In this document: positions 30,868 to 46,871 of the stretch, in pieces
Position numbering within the stretch: position 1 is the first letter of the stretch
How the letters are laid out: each line of letters begins with the position of its first letter
Assembly: GCA_964016885.1 (NCBI GenBank)
Contig: OZ024754.1
Location: 30,628,001 to 30,692,000, forward strand
From: Eledone cirrhosa
Lineage: Eukaryota
Direction of reading: 5' to 3'
Length of the DNA: 64,000 nucleotides
Position numbers and translations under genes: made by a program
Notes under the pieces: generated by a model
What the model saw: the letters and a program-made list of their open reading frames with translations, nothing else
Told to the model about the DNA's origin: nothing
Database searches by the model: none

Positions 30868-31854
30868 CTAGCTGAATTACCCGGCGTTGCCCGGGTTATG
30901 GTTGTTCTTATTCAGATTTGTAAACAATAAATATGAAGATATGTTTTTTTCTCCTCATAATTATTTCAAAATATCTATAGTTTTATTTTTTTAAATATCA
31001 AAATTGTAATGATAATAGAATTTAGAAATTAAAATCTGTCAATCTTGAAGTACTTCAGGGTAAACAATATTCATTATGTAATGTTTTGTTGGTGTCCAAA
31101 TGAATGAATTGTTGCTATACACTTACACACGTACACTCTCACATACATATACTAAGACAGACATACACAGACATACATTCACGCAGACACACGCATAGCT
31201 TTTCACCTCATTTTTGTTTGTCAGTCGCTACATATGCAGATGTGTGGGTATATTTAATAACGTACCTAATGTGCACACCCACACTCACAGACACATTGTA
31301 TTGTTTTCTATTGTTTTAATCCAAATGAAAATGAAAATTATCACACATATACTCACACATACATACACTCACACATACATACACTCTCACATAGACTCAC
31401 ACACACTCACATACACTCACATACATATACTAAGACAGACATACATTCATGCACATCTATTACTTGTGTAGATGTGTGTGTGTTTAATTGTTTGTCTGTG
31501 AAGATAATTTGTATGCAATTTACTAAGGCTATATGTATGTGTAGATGTGTGTGTGTGTTTAATTCACTGAGGCCTAACTTACGTAACACACTTACAAACA
31601 CACACACTCACAGACACATGCACACTCATATACAAAATGTGACGTGATGGTTTACTATAGTTGACGATAAAAATATTATTTTAGATAAAATGTTATATTG
31701 TTTTAATCCAAATGAAAATATGTTGACATGTTGACACTCCCAGGGTCTAATACTATTACCTTGTAAAATTTGATTTGATTTGGTTGGTCCAGCCATTTGA
31801 GAATGAATAGGAACAGACAGACAGACAGAGAGACAAAGAATTTATATATATAGA
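30868..31854 (-). mobile_element. Non-autonomous Helitron
   Basis: Minus strand starts TCTATATATA.. followed by (TCTG)n, and ends with hairpin cccgggcaacgccggg plus CTAG|T at 30868-30871. Confidence 0.78.
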
Positions 31855-31871
31855 GGTTATTATTATTCACT

Positions 31872-31980
31872 CACGAGGAGTTGACGAAGGACTGTGACAA
31901 GTGGAGAGATGCTGTGCTGAATAGGACCCGTCCAAGCAGGGAAAAGCGGACGTAAAATGATGATGATGTTGATGATGATG
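31872..31980 (+). mobile_element. RTE family B 3' end
   Basis: gagtggagagatgctgtgctgaata-like sequence, then agcggacgtaaaa and (GAT)n. Confidence 0.8.
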
Positions 31981-32117
31981 ACTCATGAATACACTTAGGT
32001 ATCCACCATTTTAAGAGCGAAAACAAATTTTGTTTATATATACATATATATATATACAACCCATGCTAGCGTGGAAGAACGGACGTAAAACGGTGATGTT
32101 GATGATATATATATATA

Positions 32118-33450
32118 TAGCGGAATCAATGGCCGAGCTAGAGAAGAAATTCCAAACATGGAAGCACGGCCTAGAGTCAAAAGGACTTAAAATTAACCTG
32201 GTTAAGACCAAAGTTCTAGTTTGTAGGAAAGAAAACAAGGCGGCGGTCCCTTCTGGGAAATGGTCGTGCTCGGTGTGTAGGAAAGGCGTAGGTAGAAACT
32301 CCATTTTATGTCCTAAATGCAAAGTATGGGTGCATAAAAGATGTAGTGGGATCACAGGTAAGCTAACTAAGAACATAGATTTTACATGTGGCCGGTGTTC
32401 TGGTGCAATAAGTAGCAGCAAGTGCCCACAAAATACTAGCTCTTTCAATTGCGCAGAGGGTTCTATAGAAATAGTGGACAGCTTCCGTTACCTGGGTGAT
32501 AAAATCAGCAGTGGGGGAGGGTGCTCTGAAAGTACTGTAGCTAGAGTCAGAACTGGTTGGAAAAAGTTCAGAGAGCTTATACCACTATTAGCTGCTAAAG
32601 GGTTTTCCCTAAAAATGAAAGGCAGGTTGTACGATGCCTGCATACGAACAGCAATGCTGCATGGCAGTGAGACCTGGGCATTGTGTGCAGAGGATATACG
32701 CAGACTAGAGAGGAACGAAGCTTGCATGCTCCGCTGGATGTGTAACAGTAATATACGTGAACGGCAAAGCATAAACGAACTAAGGAAAAAATTAGAGATA
32801 AGAGGGATCAGATGTTGTTTACTCGAGAGAAGGCTACGTTGGTATGGACACGTGATGCGCATGAAAGTCGATAGCTGTATAACAAAGTGCAGGGCAATAA
32901 AGATAGACGGTAGTCACGGAATAGGCAGACCTAGAAAAACCTGGGACGAGCTGATAAACTCCGACATCACACACTTACACCTCTCCAAGACAATGTCACT
33001 GGACCGAGACCTTTGGCGGTACTCAGTAACAGAGAAGACCCGCCTTACCTAAATATATAGTAAAACCTACTCCAGCCAGTAGGCATCTCTAACAAAATAC
33101 ACCCCGTCCCACCACCACCACCCCACCCCATCCACACCACCCCGTTCTATGTAAAGTTATGTTGGTGCCGCGCCATCCAGGCCGAAACAAATGAGATCGT
33201 GTAGGTGTCACGACAAAAAAGCACACAGTCCACGCTGTAATGTGGCCGTGTAGGCAACACGGTAAAAACCTCCCAGACCCACACTGTAAATGTGGTTGGT
33301 GTTAGGAAGGGCATCCAACTGTAGAAAACCTGCCAGACAGTCCTATGCGAGCAAGACAATCACTCTTGCCTCAAGTTGGACTACCCCCGTCCAAACCCAT
33401 GCAAGCGTGGAACACGGACGTTAAACGTTGATGATGATGATGATGATGAT
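32118..33450 (+). mobile_element. RTE LINE family A, 5'-truncated, near-identical to 15-1373
   Basis: Same 307-aa C-terminal frame (32129-33052) with a handful of substitutions. The 5' junction falls in (TA)n and the element ends in a (GAT)n tail. Confidence 0.93.
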
Positions 33451-33496
33451 ATATATTATATATATATATAAGTCGTATATATATATATATATTATA

Positions 33497-33804
33497 TCAT
33501 CATCATCATTCATCATCATTTTACGTCCACTTTTCCCATGCTTGCAAGGGTGGGACGGGAACTGATTCTGGCTTGATTTCTACAGCTGGATGCCCTTCCT
33601 AACACCAACCTTATTTACAGTGAGTGCTGGGTGCTTTTTTGCTGTGTTACCTCCACGACCACTTTGCAGTGGAATGATAGGGACCCCACTCCCTATCATC
33701 TCATTTGTACAGCTGAGTAAACTGGAGCAATGTAAAATAAAGTGTCTTGCTCAAGGAACCTTTCGATTGCAAGGCCAATGCTCTAACCACTAAGCCCTAA
33801 GCCT

Positions 33805-33807
<3 letters not shown>
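33497..33807 (-). mobile_element. tRNA-head SINE with an RTE-derived 3' tail
   Basis: Homologous to 49546-49868; the B-box region is deleted. Confidence 0.78.
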
Positions 33808-33883
<76 letters not shown>

Positions 33884-33887
<4 letters not shown>

Positions 33888-34094
33888 CCTGATGAGCAAA
33901 TCAGGCTGGAGTCAGGTCTATAGCATTAATATACATCCTGAGCCACTCATCTGTGAAACGATTTTAACTGTGTATAATCAATAAAGACCTTAATGTGTGA
34001 AACCTCACTTTGTTTTCAATATATACACTCTGTCTTAACAGAGAATGCTGGTTTTGGTACCTTCCTCAGTAAACCACAAATCTACTGAACCACC

Positions 34095-34098
<4 letters not shown>
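33884..34098 (+). mobile_element. PLE pLTR-like element in (TA)n with a degenerate hammerhead
   Basis: CTGATGA 33889-33895 and GAAAC 33955-33959, then AATAAA and tatacactctgtct. No clear stem I. Confidence 0.55.
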
Positions 34099-34165
<67 letters not shown>

Positions 34166-34169
<4 letters not shown>

Positions 34170-34488
34170 AAAAGAATCAGGACCCCGATGGTCTAACTGT
34201 CGAAATGGGGTCTTAACTCTTTTCCTATTACCCACTCTACTACCCTAAGTATTGAGTACTCTGGTGCATTGAGTACTCTGGTGCATTAAGGCCTCCATGC
34301 TTCCTGAGATCCGCCAACACTACAGCTAACACATACACACATGTACTTCCCTGACATTTGTGTATTATTCTATGTACTATACATACACCTTTGACGAGTT
34401 GTAGTGCACCTGAGCACTTTACACAATAATTTCATTATTATTATTATTTATTATGGTCCCCTTGGTTCCTTACCACACCTCCTTCGTT
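34166..34488 (+). mobile_element. Short fold-back element related to 21812-21992, interrupted by an (ATT)n-tailed insertion (~34289-34450)
   Basis: Hairpin taggaaaaga..gacccc/ggggtc..tcttttccta. Shared tail; attgagtactctggtgc is duplicated. Confidence 0.65.
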
Positions 34489-34859
34489 ATATATATACTG
34501 TATATATATATATATATATATATCGTTTAACATCCATTTTTCATACTTGCATGGGTTAAATGGGTTGTTGCATTATGAGACTAGTCAGGTGAGGTGAACA
34601 CGTCCTGATCAAAGAGACCTGCATTTTGGTTTGGTTTCTACAACTGGATACCCTTCCTAACACCAACTACATTACCGTGTCAACTGAGTGCTTTTTATTG
34701 TGGCACCGATATAATCACTTTACAGAGTAAACTGGGTACTTTTTGTCATCTCAGATCAGTCTGGATGCCATTGCTAATGCCAACCACATTACAGAATGTA
34801 CTAGAAGTATTTTATCATGGCCCCAGCAGTAAATGGGTTGAGGTGTTGTGTCTATGTCT

Positions 34860-35545
34860 GGAGAGTTTCCTCAACCTTGGAGTGCCTACTCAACCTTGGA
34901 GACTACTCTCAACCCTGGAAACCCCTTTCAACCCTGGAGGTTCCTCTCAATGAATGAGAGTCCTTTTAACCCTGGAAATTCTTCTCGCCCTTGGAAATTC
35001 TTCTGATCTGTTTCTCACCTGTGGAGAGTCCTCACAACCCTGGAGATCCCTTTCACATCTGGCAGGTCCTCTCAACTCTGAAGACCCCTTTCATATATGG
35101 AGGATTCTCCCAACCCTGGTGAGTCCTCTCAACCCTGGTGGGGCCTCGCAACCCTGGTGGGGCCTCTTGATTCAAGAAACCCCTTTCATCCCTGGAGAGT
35201 CTTTTCAACCCCAGCAGGTCCCCTCAACCTTGCTGGGGCCTCTGAAACCCAGCAGGTCTTCTCAACCCTGGTGAGTCCTCTTATCTCTAGAGGCTCCTCT
35301 CAACCCTGATGGGGTTTCTTGATGCTAGAGGCTTCTCACCACCCTGGTGGGGCCTCTTGATTCTGAAAACCCCTTTCATCCCTGGAGAGTCTTCTAAACC
35401 CCAGCAGGTACCCTCAACCTTGCTGGGGCATCTGAACCCCATCAGATCCTCTCAACCGTGGTAGGACCTCTCAACTCTGGAGGTTCCTCTCAACCCTCAA
35501 GGGCCCTCTCAACATTGCAAGTTCCTCTCAACCCAACAGATTCTT
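34860..35545. repeat. Degenerate ~21-bp tandem repeat (cctctcaaccctgg...)
   Basis: Direct reading. Confidence 0.8.
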
Positions 35546-35892
35546 CTCACAGGTTATACAAAGAAGGAAATGTGGCTGTGTATTTAGTACATTGTCACAG
35601 AATGTCTGGAGAATGTCACACTACATATGACAAAAAGACAGGATGATCATGACTGGATGTGTTGCATGAGAGCTCACCTAGGGCTAAACAACAACAACTG
35701 CTGCAAGATTAACAACAACAACAACAACAACAGGTACAATTAATTAACATTGAAAGCTACCATCAATATTGAATTAACAACTCCGTAATGATCAGATACA
35801 TAGATATTATCTTCTGCACATTGAACGGGGAGCTTTTAGGAATCAACTCTACAAATTAGTGGAAGACTTGCTAAGACAGGTATATATATATT

Positions 35893-35947
<55 letters not shown>

Positions 35948-36115
35948 CTGGGAGAACGATGTTAAACAATGATGTTGATTTATATGATTGTATATATATA
36001 TATATATTTCATCATCATCATCATCATTTGCCTAGAACAATTTAATCATCTCTAGATAACGTTTGCCAAAAACAAAATAAAGGCATATGTGTATGTATGT
36101 ATATTTATATACATC

Positions 36116-36151
<36 letters not shown>

Positions 36152-36419
36152 CACACACACACACATATATATATATACATTATATTTACATACATTATAT
36201 ATATATATATACACACACATGCACACGCACACACACACATATATATATATACACACACACAGAGACATACACGTACATGTGTGTTTTGGGTGTGTGTAAA
36301 CAAGAAAAACAAGAAATGTTCCAATACGAGAGAAATAATTGATTTTTGCTTGATAAGTCAATGTCAGGGTAATTGATTTTATCTTATAAAAAGTAACCAA
36401 AATAGAAAATATAACCTTG

Positions 36420-37281
36420 TGTGAGAGAGGGGGAGAGAGAGAGAGGGAGGAGGGGGAGAGAAAGAGATGGAGAGGGTGGGAGAGAGAGAGATGGAGAGGG
36501 GGAGAGAGAGAGAGATGAAGAGGGTGAGAGAGAGAGAGATGAAGAGGGTGGGAGAGAGAGAGATGGAGAGGGCGAGAGAGAGAGAGAGAGAGATGAAGAG
36601 GGTGGGAGAGAGAGAGAGATGAAGAGGGTGGGAGATGGAGAGGGTGGGAGAGAGAGAGATGGAGAGGGTGAGAGAGAGAGAGATGAAGAGGGTGGGAGAG
36701 AGAGAGATGGAGAGGGTGAGAGAGAAAGAGATGAAGAGGGTGGGAGATGAAAAGGGTGGGAGAGAGAGGGATGGAGAGGGTGGGAGAGAGAGGGGGAATG
36801 GTGTGCGAGGGAGAGGCGAGAGAAAGGGAGAGGAGGAGAGAGGGGGAAATGGTGTGTGAGAGAGAGAGGGGAAGAGGGGGAAATGGTGTCTGAGAGAGAA
36901 AGAGTGGGAGAGAGAGAGAAGGCGACAGAAAGAGTGGGTAAGAGAGAGAAAGGGTGGGAGAGAGAGAGAGAAGGGTCAGAGAGAGACAGTGAGAGAGAGA
37001 GGGGGAACTAATCCTATCCTTGGGAAAGAGAACGTGCGAAAGAGAGAGAGTGAGAGGTAGGGTGGGAGAGAGAGACGGAGGGTGGGAGAGGGAGGGTGGG
37101 AGAGAGAGAACTGAACCTAACCTTGTGAGAGAATGAGAGACAGGGTGAAAGAGGGTGAGAGAGAGAGAGAGAGATAGAACTGTGTAGTAAACATAATCTT
37201 GTGTGTGTGAGAGAGACAGAGAGAGAGAGAGGGAGGGAGAACGTGAATGGGTGAAAGAGAGAGGGGAGTGAAAACGAGAAG

Positions 37282-37323
<42 letters not shown>

Positions 37324-37384
37324 TGTACAGTGAAGAAGATAACCTTGTACACAAGTGTGTGAGAAAGAGAGAGGGAGTAGAGGG

Positions 37385-37435
<51 letters not shown>

Positions 37436-37515
37436 GCTGTGTGACAGAGAAAGAGAGAGAGAGGGAGAAAGAATGGGAGAGAGAGAGTATGAGAGAGAGA
37501 GAGAGAGAGAGAGAT
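36420..37515. repeat. GA-rich low-complexity region
   Basis: Direct reading. Confidence 0.9.
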
Positions 37516-37574
37516 ACAGTGAAACAGGAAGAGGAAACAGGTAGAAACTGAAGCTAGCAATCTCTTATGATGTT

Positions 37575-38070
37575 AGTTTAGTACTACATTATAGTACTGT
37601 ACTAAATATTATAGTACTGTATATTATAGTATTGTAGAGCATAGTATTATATAGTTTAGTATTGTATATTATAGTATAGTATAGTATTGTATATTATAGT
37701 ACTGTAGAACATAGTACTGTACTGTATATTATAGTATTGTAGAGCATAGTATTATATAGTATAGTATAGTATATTATAGTATAGTATTATATATTATAGT
37801 GCTGTAGAACATAGTACTGTATTGTATATTGTAGAGCATAGTATTGTAGAGTATAGTATTGTATATTCTAGTACTGTATATTATGTTACTGTAGCACATA
37901 GTACTGTACTGTATATTGTAGAGCATAATATTGTATAGTATAGTATTGTATAGTATAGTATTGTATATTATTGTACAGTATATAATAGTACTATAGAACA
38001 TAGTACTGTATATTATAGTACTGTATATTGTAGTACTGTATATTATAGTACTGTATAATATACAGTACTA
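37575..38070. repeat. (TAGTA)-like degenerate pentamer satellite
   Basis: Direct reading. Confidence 0.85.
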
Positions 38071-38181
38071 TCATAGACATATATATCACAGTCATATATT
38101 TACTACATATGTATGTGTGCGCATGTGCGTATGTGTATGTGTATGTGTATGAGTGTGTATGTGTATGTGTGTGTATGTGTA

Positions 38182-38216
<35 letters not shown>

Positions 38217-38275
38217 GTGTGTGTATGAGTGTGTCTGTATGTGTCCATGTATGTGTGAGTGTGTCATTCATAAAA

Positions 38276-39800
38276 CAGACAGGCACTAACATAAAGGCCA
38301 CCTAGGGTACAACCCCAGACAGGCCCTACCATGAAGGCCACCTAGGGTACAGACCTCAGACAGGCACTACCATTAAGGCCACCTAGGGTACAAACCCCAT
38401 ACAGGCATTACCATTAAGGCCACTTAGGGTACAGACAACAGACAGGCACTACTATGAAGGCCACCTAGGGTACAAACCCCAGACAGGCCCTACCATAAAG
38501 GCCACCTAGGGTACAACCCCATACAGGCACTACCATGAAGGCCACCTAGGGTACAAACCCCAGACAGAGGCCCTACCATGAAGGCTACCTAGGGTACAAC
38601 CCCATACAGGCACTACCATTAAGGCCACCTAGGGTACAAACCCCAGACAGGCCCTACCATTAAGGCCACCTAGGGTACAAACCCCAGACAGGCCCTACCA
38701 TAAAGGCCACCTAGGGTACAACCCCATACAGGCACTACCATGAAGGCCACCTAGGGTACAGACCCCAGACAGAGGCCCTACCATTAAGGCCACCTAGGGT
38801 ACAAACCCCAGACAGGCCCTACCATAAAGGCCACCTAGGGTACAACCCCATACAGGCACTACCATGAAGGCCACCTAGGGTACAAACCCCAGACAGAGGC
38901 CCTACCATGAAGGCTACCTAGGGTACAACCCCATACAGGCACTACCATGAAGGCCACCTAGGGTACAAACCCCAGACAGGCACTACCATAAAGGCTACCT
39001 AGGGTACAACCCCAGACAGGCACTACCATGAAGGCCACCTAGGGTACAGACCCTAGACAGAGGCCCTACCATTAAGGCCACCTAGGGTACAAACCCCAGA
39101 CAGGCACTACCATAAAGGCTACCTAGGGTACAACCCCAGACAGGCACTACCATGAAGGCCACCTAGGGTACAGACCCCAGACAGAGGCCCTACCATGAAG
39201 GCCATCTAGGGTACAAACCCCATACAGGCACTACCATGAAGGCCACCTAGGGTACAGACCCTAGACAGAGGCCCTACCATTAAGGCCACCTAGGGTACAA
39301 ACCCCAGACAGGCCCTACCATAAAGGCCACCTAGGGTACAACCCCATACAGGCACTACCATGAAGGCCACCTAGGGTACAGACCCCAGACAGAGGCCCTA
39401 CCATGAAGGCCACCTAGGGTACAGACCCCAGACAGGCCCTACCATAAAGGCCACCTAGGGTACAGACCCCAGACAGGCACTACCATGAAGGCCACCTAGG
39501 GTACAGACCCCAGACAGGCACTACCATAAAGGCCACCTAGGGTACAGACAACAGACAGGCACTACCATGAAGGCTACCTAGGGTACAACCCCATACAGGC
39601 ACTACCATTAAGGCCACCTAGGGTACAGACCCCAGACAGGCACTACCATGAAGGCCACCTAGGGTACAGACCCCAGACAGGCCCTACCATAAAGGCCACC
39701 TAGGGTACAAACCCAGACAGGCCCTACCATAAAGGCCACCTAGGGTACAAACCCCAGACAGGCCCTACTATAAAGGCCACGTAGGACACAGACCCCAGAT
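38276..39800. repeat. 40-43-bp minisatellite acaggcactaccatgaaggccacctagggtacaaaccccag (~37 copies)
   Basis: Periods of 40 and 41 measured at 38294, 38334 and 38375. Confidence 0.96.
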
Positions 39801-40186
39801 AGACACATTATTAAATCTTAAAGGATCACAGTTTCATATAAATGTAATAAGTAATAATTTCCTTTGCTCAATATCAATAAATAAAATACTACACAACTTT
39901 GTAGCCTTAGGGAAATATCTGAAGTGGTGGAGAGGGTCATATGGTGTTATGACCTGTAACTAAGTACAAGGACAACAACAATATAAAAATAGTAAATAAG
40001 CTAGACGTTACTAACCAGCAAAGGGTAAAATAACTAAACCTGTTTGAACTGCTCTGATCTAATATTGAAAATATAATCAATAATTTCCTGTCTTTGAAAG
40101 TTGTATCTTTGGTTTAGAATGTAACCTTTACATCAATAGTAGAAGATACTAGAGTTGGGGTTACATATGGGTTAACATACATTGAG

Positions 40187-40417
40187 CTACCTGATCAGGT
40201 GAGGTACTGTACTACCTGCTCAGGTGAGGTACTGTACTACCTGTTCAGGTGAGATATATTGTAATACCTGCTCAGGTGAGGTACTGTACTACCTGATCAG
40301 GTGAGGTATTGTACTACCTGATCAGGTGAGATATACTGTACTACCTGCTCAGGTGAGATAATGTTGTACTACCTGCTCAGGTGAGATAATGTTGTACTAC
40401 CTGCTCAGGTGAGGTAG
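40187..40417. repeat. 25-29-bp tandem repeat tacctgMtcaggtgaggtactgtac (~9 copies)
   Basis: Direct reading; each unit carries the near-palindrome acctg(a/c)tcaggt. Confidence 0.9.
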
Positions 40418-40536
40418 TTTGTTGAAATTCACTGTAATCATGTCATTGTTTCTAGTTAGAATACCTAATTCTGCATTACATTAGTTAACTCTGGTCTGTT
40501 AGGTACAGGTCACCTGGGAATGTTATCTTTGGTAAA

Positions 40537-42222
40537 CCATTAACACCACCACCACTAACACCAACACCACCATTAACACAACTACCATTAACACCACCAC
40601 TAACACCACCACTAACACCACCACTAACACCACCACTAACACCAACACCACCATTAACACAACTACCATTAACACCACCACTAACACCACCACTAACACC
40701 ACCACTAACACCACCACTAACACCAACACCACCATTAACACAACTACCACTAACACCACCACTAACACCACCACTAACACCACCACTAACACCAACACCA
40801 CCATTAACACAACTACCATTAACACCACCACTAACACCACCACTAACACCACCACTAACACCACCACTAACACCACCACTAACACCAACACCACCATTAA
40901 CACAACTACCATTAACACCACCACTAACACCACCACTAACACCACCACTAACACCACCACTAACACCAACACCACCATTAACACAACTACCACTAACACC
41001 ACCACTAACACCACCACTAACACCACCACTAACACCAACACCACCATTAACACAACTACCATTAACACCACCACTAACACCACCACTAACACCACCACTA
41101 ACACCAACACCACCATTAACACCACTACCATTAACACCACCACTAACACCACCACTAACACCACCACTACCATTAACACCACTACCATTAACACCACCAC
41201 TAACACCACCACTAACACCAGCACTAACACCAGCACTAACACCAACACCACCACCACCACTAACACCACCACTAACACCAGCACTAACACCAGCACTAAC
41301 ACCAACACCACCACCACTAACACCACCACTAACACCAGCACTAACACCAACACCACCATTAACACCACTACCACTAACACCACCACTAACACCACCACTA
41401 ACACCAACACTACCACTAACACCACCACCACTAACACCACCACCATTAACACCACCACCACTAACACCATCACCACTAACACCATCATCACCATTAACAC
41501 CACTAACACCACCACCACTAACACCACCATCACTAACACCACCATCACTAACACAACGACCGTTAACACCACCACCACCATTAACAACACCACCACCATT
41601 AACACCACCACCACCATTAACACCACCACCACCATTAACACCACCACCACCATTAACACCACTAACACCACCACCATTAACACTACCACCACTAACACCA
41701 CCACCACTAACACCACCATCACTAACACCACGACCGTTAACACCACCACCACCATTAACACCACTAACACCACCACCACTAACACTACCACCACTAACAC
41801 CACCACCACTAACACCACCATCACTAACACCACGACCGTTAACACCACCACCACCATTAACACCACCACCACCATTAACACCACCACCACTAACACCACC
41901 ACCATTAACACTACCACCACTAACACCACCACCACTAACACCACCATCAACACCACTGCTAACACCACCACCGTTAACTCCATCACCACAACTACCGCCA
42001 CCACCACTAGCACCACCACCAATAACACCACTACCACCACCACCACCATCATCACCACTAGCACCAACATGAACAATATCACTAACACCATCACCATTAT
42101 CACCACCTCCACCAACACTAATACCACTATCACCACTAACACCAACACCACCAATAATACCACCACTACCACCACCACAACTAACACCATCACCACCACC
42201 ACAACCACCACCACCACCACCA
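40537..42222. repeat. (taacaccaccac)-based 12-bp/trinucleotide satellite
   Basis: Direct reading. Confidence 0.95.
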
Positions 42223-42805
42223 GTTAATCTAAAATTACTGTTGAATCAGTTATTTTCCCCCTATTTTTCCTTCATTGTAAATTTTGTTAGTTTTCAAACC
42301 TCTTCCCCTCTTGTTACTATTTTAATTTTTTCAGACTTTTTTTTAGTTATTTACATAAAATTTCAGCAGAGATTTAATGCTCCATGAAAAACTTCATCTT
42401 TAGCTTATTAAAAAAACATGAAATCTTGTCTGCATCCAGAGTGATAAAGTATATAACTTGAGAAGTCTGATGATGGCTAACCTAAATATTTATCACATAA
42501 ACAGCAAAGATATGTGTTATAATATATGGATATATGGAAATAAAATCTTCCTTTTATTGCCCTTATGGGGGGGGGGGGGGGGGGGATTTTAATGTCTGGT
42601 GTGAATTTTTTTTCTGGTGCTAAACAGATAATGATAAAAACCACATCTCTCCCCTCCAATCCTTCTTTCATGTTCCTTTCCCTTCCATACCATTCAATAG
42701 CCAAACAATCTACTGGCTATTTAACCCTTTTCACACCAACACCCCCTGGTTCTATGATGGAAAACTGTTTAAAGGGTTTATATTTATCTAAAAACCTTTC
42801 ATTAT

Positions 42806-42992
42806 CGGTGAATTGGTAGTATCGGTAGAGGGTTGGACGCCATGCTTTCTAGCATAGTTACGTCCCCTTACATTCTGAGTTCAAATCCCGCCGAGGTTAA
42901 CTTTGCCTTTCATCCTTACGGGGTCGATAAAATAAAGTACCAGTAATGCACTGGGTAATTGCTGGCCTTGTGCCTAGGGTAGAAACAATTAT
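42806..42992 (+). mobile_element. S1 SINE
   Basis: A box, B box and core as in 28574-28763. Confidence 0.9.
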
Positions 42993-43240
42993 AATTCTAT
43001 GTAAGAACCTATTTTAAGTTACGTCCCAAACACCCCTGGTTCTATGATACAAAACTGTTTATTTTAAAGTGTTTATATTTATCTAAAAACCTTCCATCAT
43101 AATTCTATGTAAGAACCTTTGTACATTTGTCTTTTGTTGAGTTACTTCACTCATAAGACTATGATATCGACACTTTCCCTGAGGAGGTCACATGCAATGG
43201 GATTGAACCCAGCCATCTACTACTGCTATTTATAATAATA

Positions 43241-43425
43241 GAATTGTTTCTTCTTTTGGCACAAGACCAGCAATTATCCCAGCGCATTACAGCTGCTTTA
43301 TTTTATCAACCCCCATAAGAATGAAAAGCAAAGTTAACCTTAGCGGGATTTGAACTCAGGCAGTAAAAGGGCGTAACTCTATGCTGCAAAGCATGGCGTC
43401 CGACCCTCTACCGATACAGCCAATA
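43241..43425 (-). mobile_element. S1 SINE
   Basis: Reverse complement of the S1 consensus. Confidence 0.85.
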
Positions 43426-43696
43426 ATAATTATAAAAATAATAATGATAATTTTTTTTTTCCTTTTGTAAGGTTTCTCTAGGAATCGGTTGCTAGGTGAA
43501 GCGTATTAATTGGCCTCGGATCAGTCCCTCAAAGGCTCAATATATTGCATAAGATTCTGGTAGTGCTAGTGACAGTAGAAATTTGGGAACTGCCTATGAA
43601 TTTGGGGGTCCCAAGGCTTTTAATGAATGGCATAAAGCATTTAGGGATTGTGCTTATTGCCCAAATTTTAATTGGTACAACTTCTAATAATAATAA

Positions 43697-43884
43697 TAAT
43701 TGTTTCTACTATTGGCACAAGGCCAGCAAATACCCAGTACATTACTGGTACTTTATTTTATCGACCCCGTAAGGATGAAAGGCAAATTTAACCTCGGCGG
43801 GATTTGAACTCAGAATGGCAAGGGCCGTAACTCTATGCTGGAAAACATGTTCGACGCTCTACCGATACTGCCAATTCACCGCCC
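43697..43884 (-). mobile_element. S1 SINE
   Basis: Reverse complement of the S1 consensus. Confidence 0.88.
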
Positions 43885-43887
43885 AGC

Positions 43888-45479
<1,592 letters not shown>

Positions 45480-45862
45480 TTTGAAGATAATAGTAATACT
45501 GATAATAATAACATTAATAATACTCATGATGAAGATGATGATGAAATGGTGAGGATGGTGATGACATGACACTATGAGTGTGAGTGCATGTGTGTGTATG
45601 TGACTGTATATATATGTGTGAGTACGTGTATGTAAGTGCATGTGTGTATGTGACTGTATATGTATGTGTGAGTACGTGTATGTAAGTGCATGTGTGTATC
45701 TGACTGTATATGTATGTGTATGTGAATGTGTGTATGTGAATGTGTGTATGTGTGTATGTGCCTCTGAGTAAGTGTGTTTGTGTGTCTGTTTTAAAAAAAT
45801 TGAATTCACTACTGGAACATATTTGAAGATTCTTTCCAATTAAAAAAAAATATATATAGTTA

Positions 45863-45906
<44 letters not shown>

Positions 45907-46172
45907 GATATTGATGGACATGAGAATGCGTACTCAATATTGATGTAGAGTTCAAAAATTCTAAATTATGGCCAAGTGATGAGTTTTATTACTCTGGAGT
46001 TTGACCGTATACACTTGAGATTCCAGAGTAACAAGGTTCCTTATCTAGAGTGTGTATAAAGTACCAGTAATGTACTGGGTAATTGCTGGCCTTGTGCCAA
46101 ACATAGAAACAATTATCTAGAGTGTGTATATATATATATCTGACAGTATATATTCTCCTTTGTAATCCTATC

Positions 46173-46209
<37 letters not shown>

Positions 46210-46249
46210 AATGAGATACACACTCAATCTACATAAATATATATATATG

Positions 46250-46672
46250 TGTGAAGTCCCACCTTGACCAGTTTTGCTCAATGAACGAATTAAAATAACT
46301 ATAAGAATTAAAATAATAATTTAATCAGAGCTATTTAACAAATTATAAATGCAAGGAAAGAATAGACAAAGAATCACCTATTTTTTCTTCAAAGTCCCTA
46401 CTGCAGTTTCATCGCCCATTTTGCAACATTGTTGTACCAGAGAAGTACACCAATGCTGTGAGGCTGTCATATCTTCAGGAGACCCCTTATTAAGTGGACC
46501 CAAACCTTAAGAAAGTAAATATTTCTCTAGAGGGAAATTCATCACATGGTTTAGATCAGATCATTGGTGCACTTCTCTAGTGCAATGATGTTGCAAAATG
46601 GTCGATGAAAATGGTTGATGAAACTAGGTAATTCTTTGTCTATTCTTTCCTTGCATTTATAATTTGATAAAT
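46250..46672 (-). mobile_element. Fold-back PLE pLTR-like element
   Basis: Arms ~46339-46455 vs ~46563-46666. Contains a hammerhead; minus tail has CATTGAGC; flanked by TA tracts. Confidence 0.75.
46394..46483 (-). ncRNA. Type I hammerhead ribozyme motif, long stem II
   Basis: Minus: gtctc-CTGAAGA-[long stem II with cagcattg/caatgttg and gtac/gtac]-GAAAC-tgca-GTA-gggac. Confidence 0.75.
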
Positions 46673-46811
46673 ATATACATATATATATATATATATGTAT
46701 GTATGTATAGTGTATTTGGCAATATACCGTATGTTTAATTAAAATCATTTTGAAGACCATACACTATCGGTTTTAAAGTAGTGACTATGTCACTTACTTC
46801 TTTTCGGCGAA

Positions 46812-46853
<42 letters not shown>

Positions 46854-46871
46854 GTATGAAATGAAATGAAG

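Noticed and set aside
32030-32128. N-terminal extension of the 340-aa ORF
   Set aside because: Read-through from microsatellite and a short RTE tail upstream of the 5' truncation point.
43179-43215. CTGAGGA followed by ggtcaca, similar to the 62390 hammerhead
   Set aside because: No stem II partner or GAAA follows. The context (gggattgaaccc) is a reversed SINE B box.
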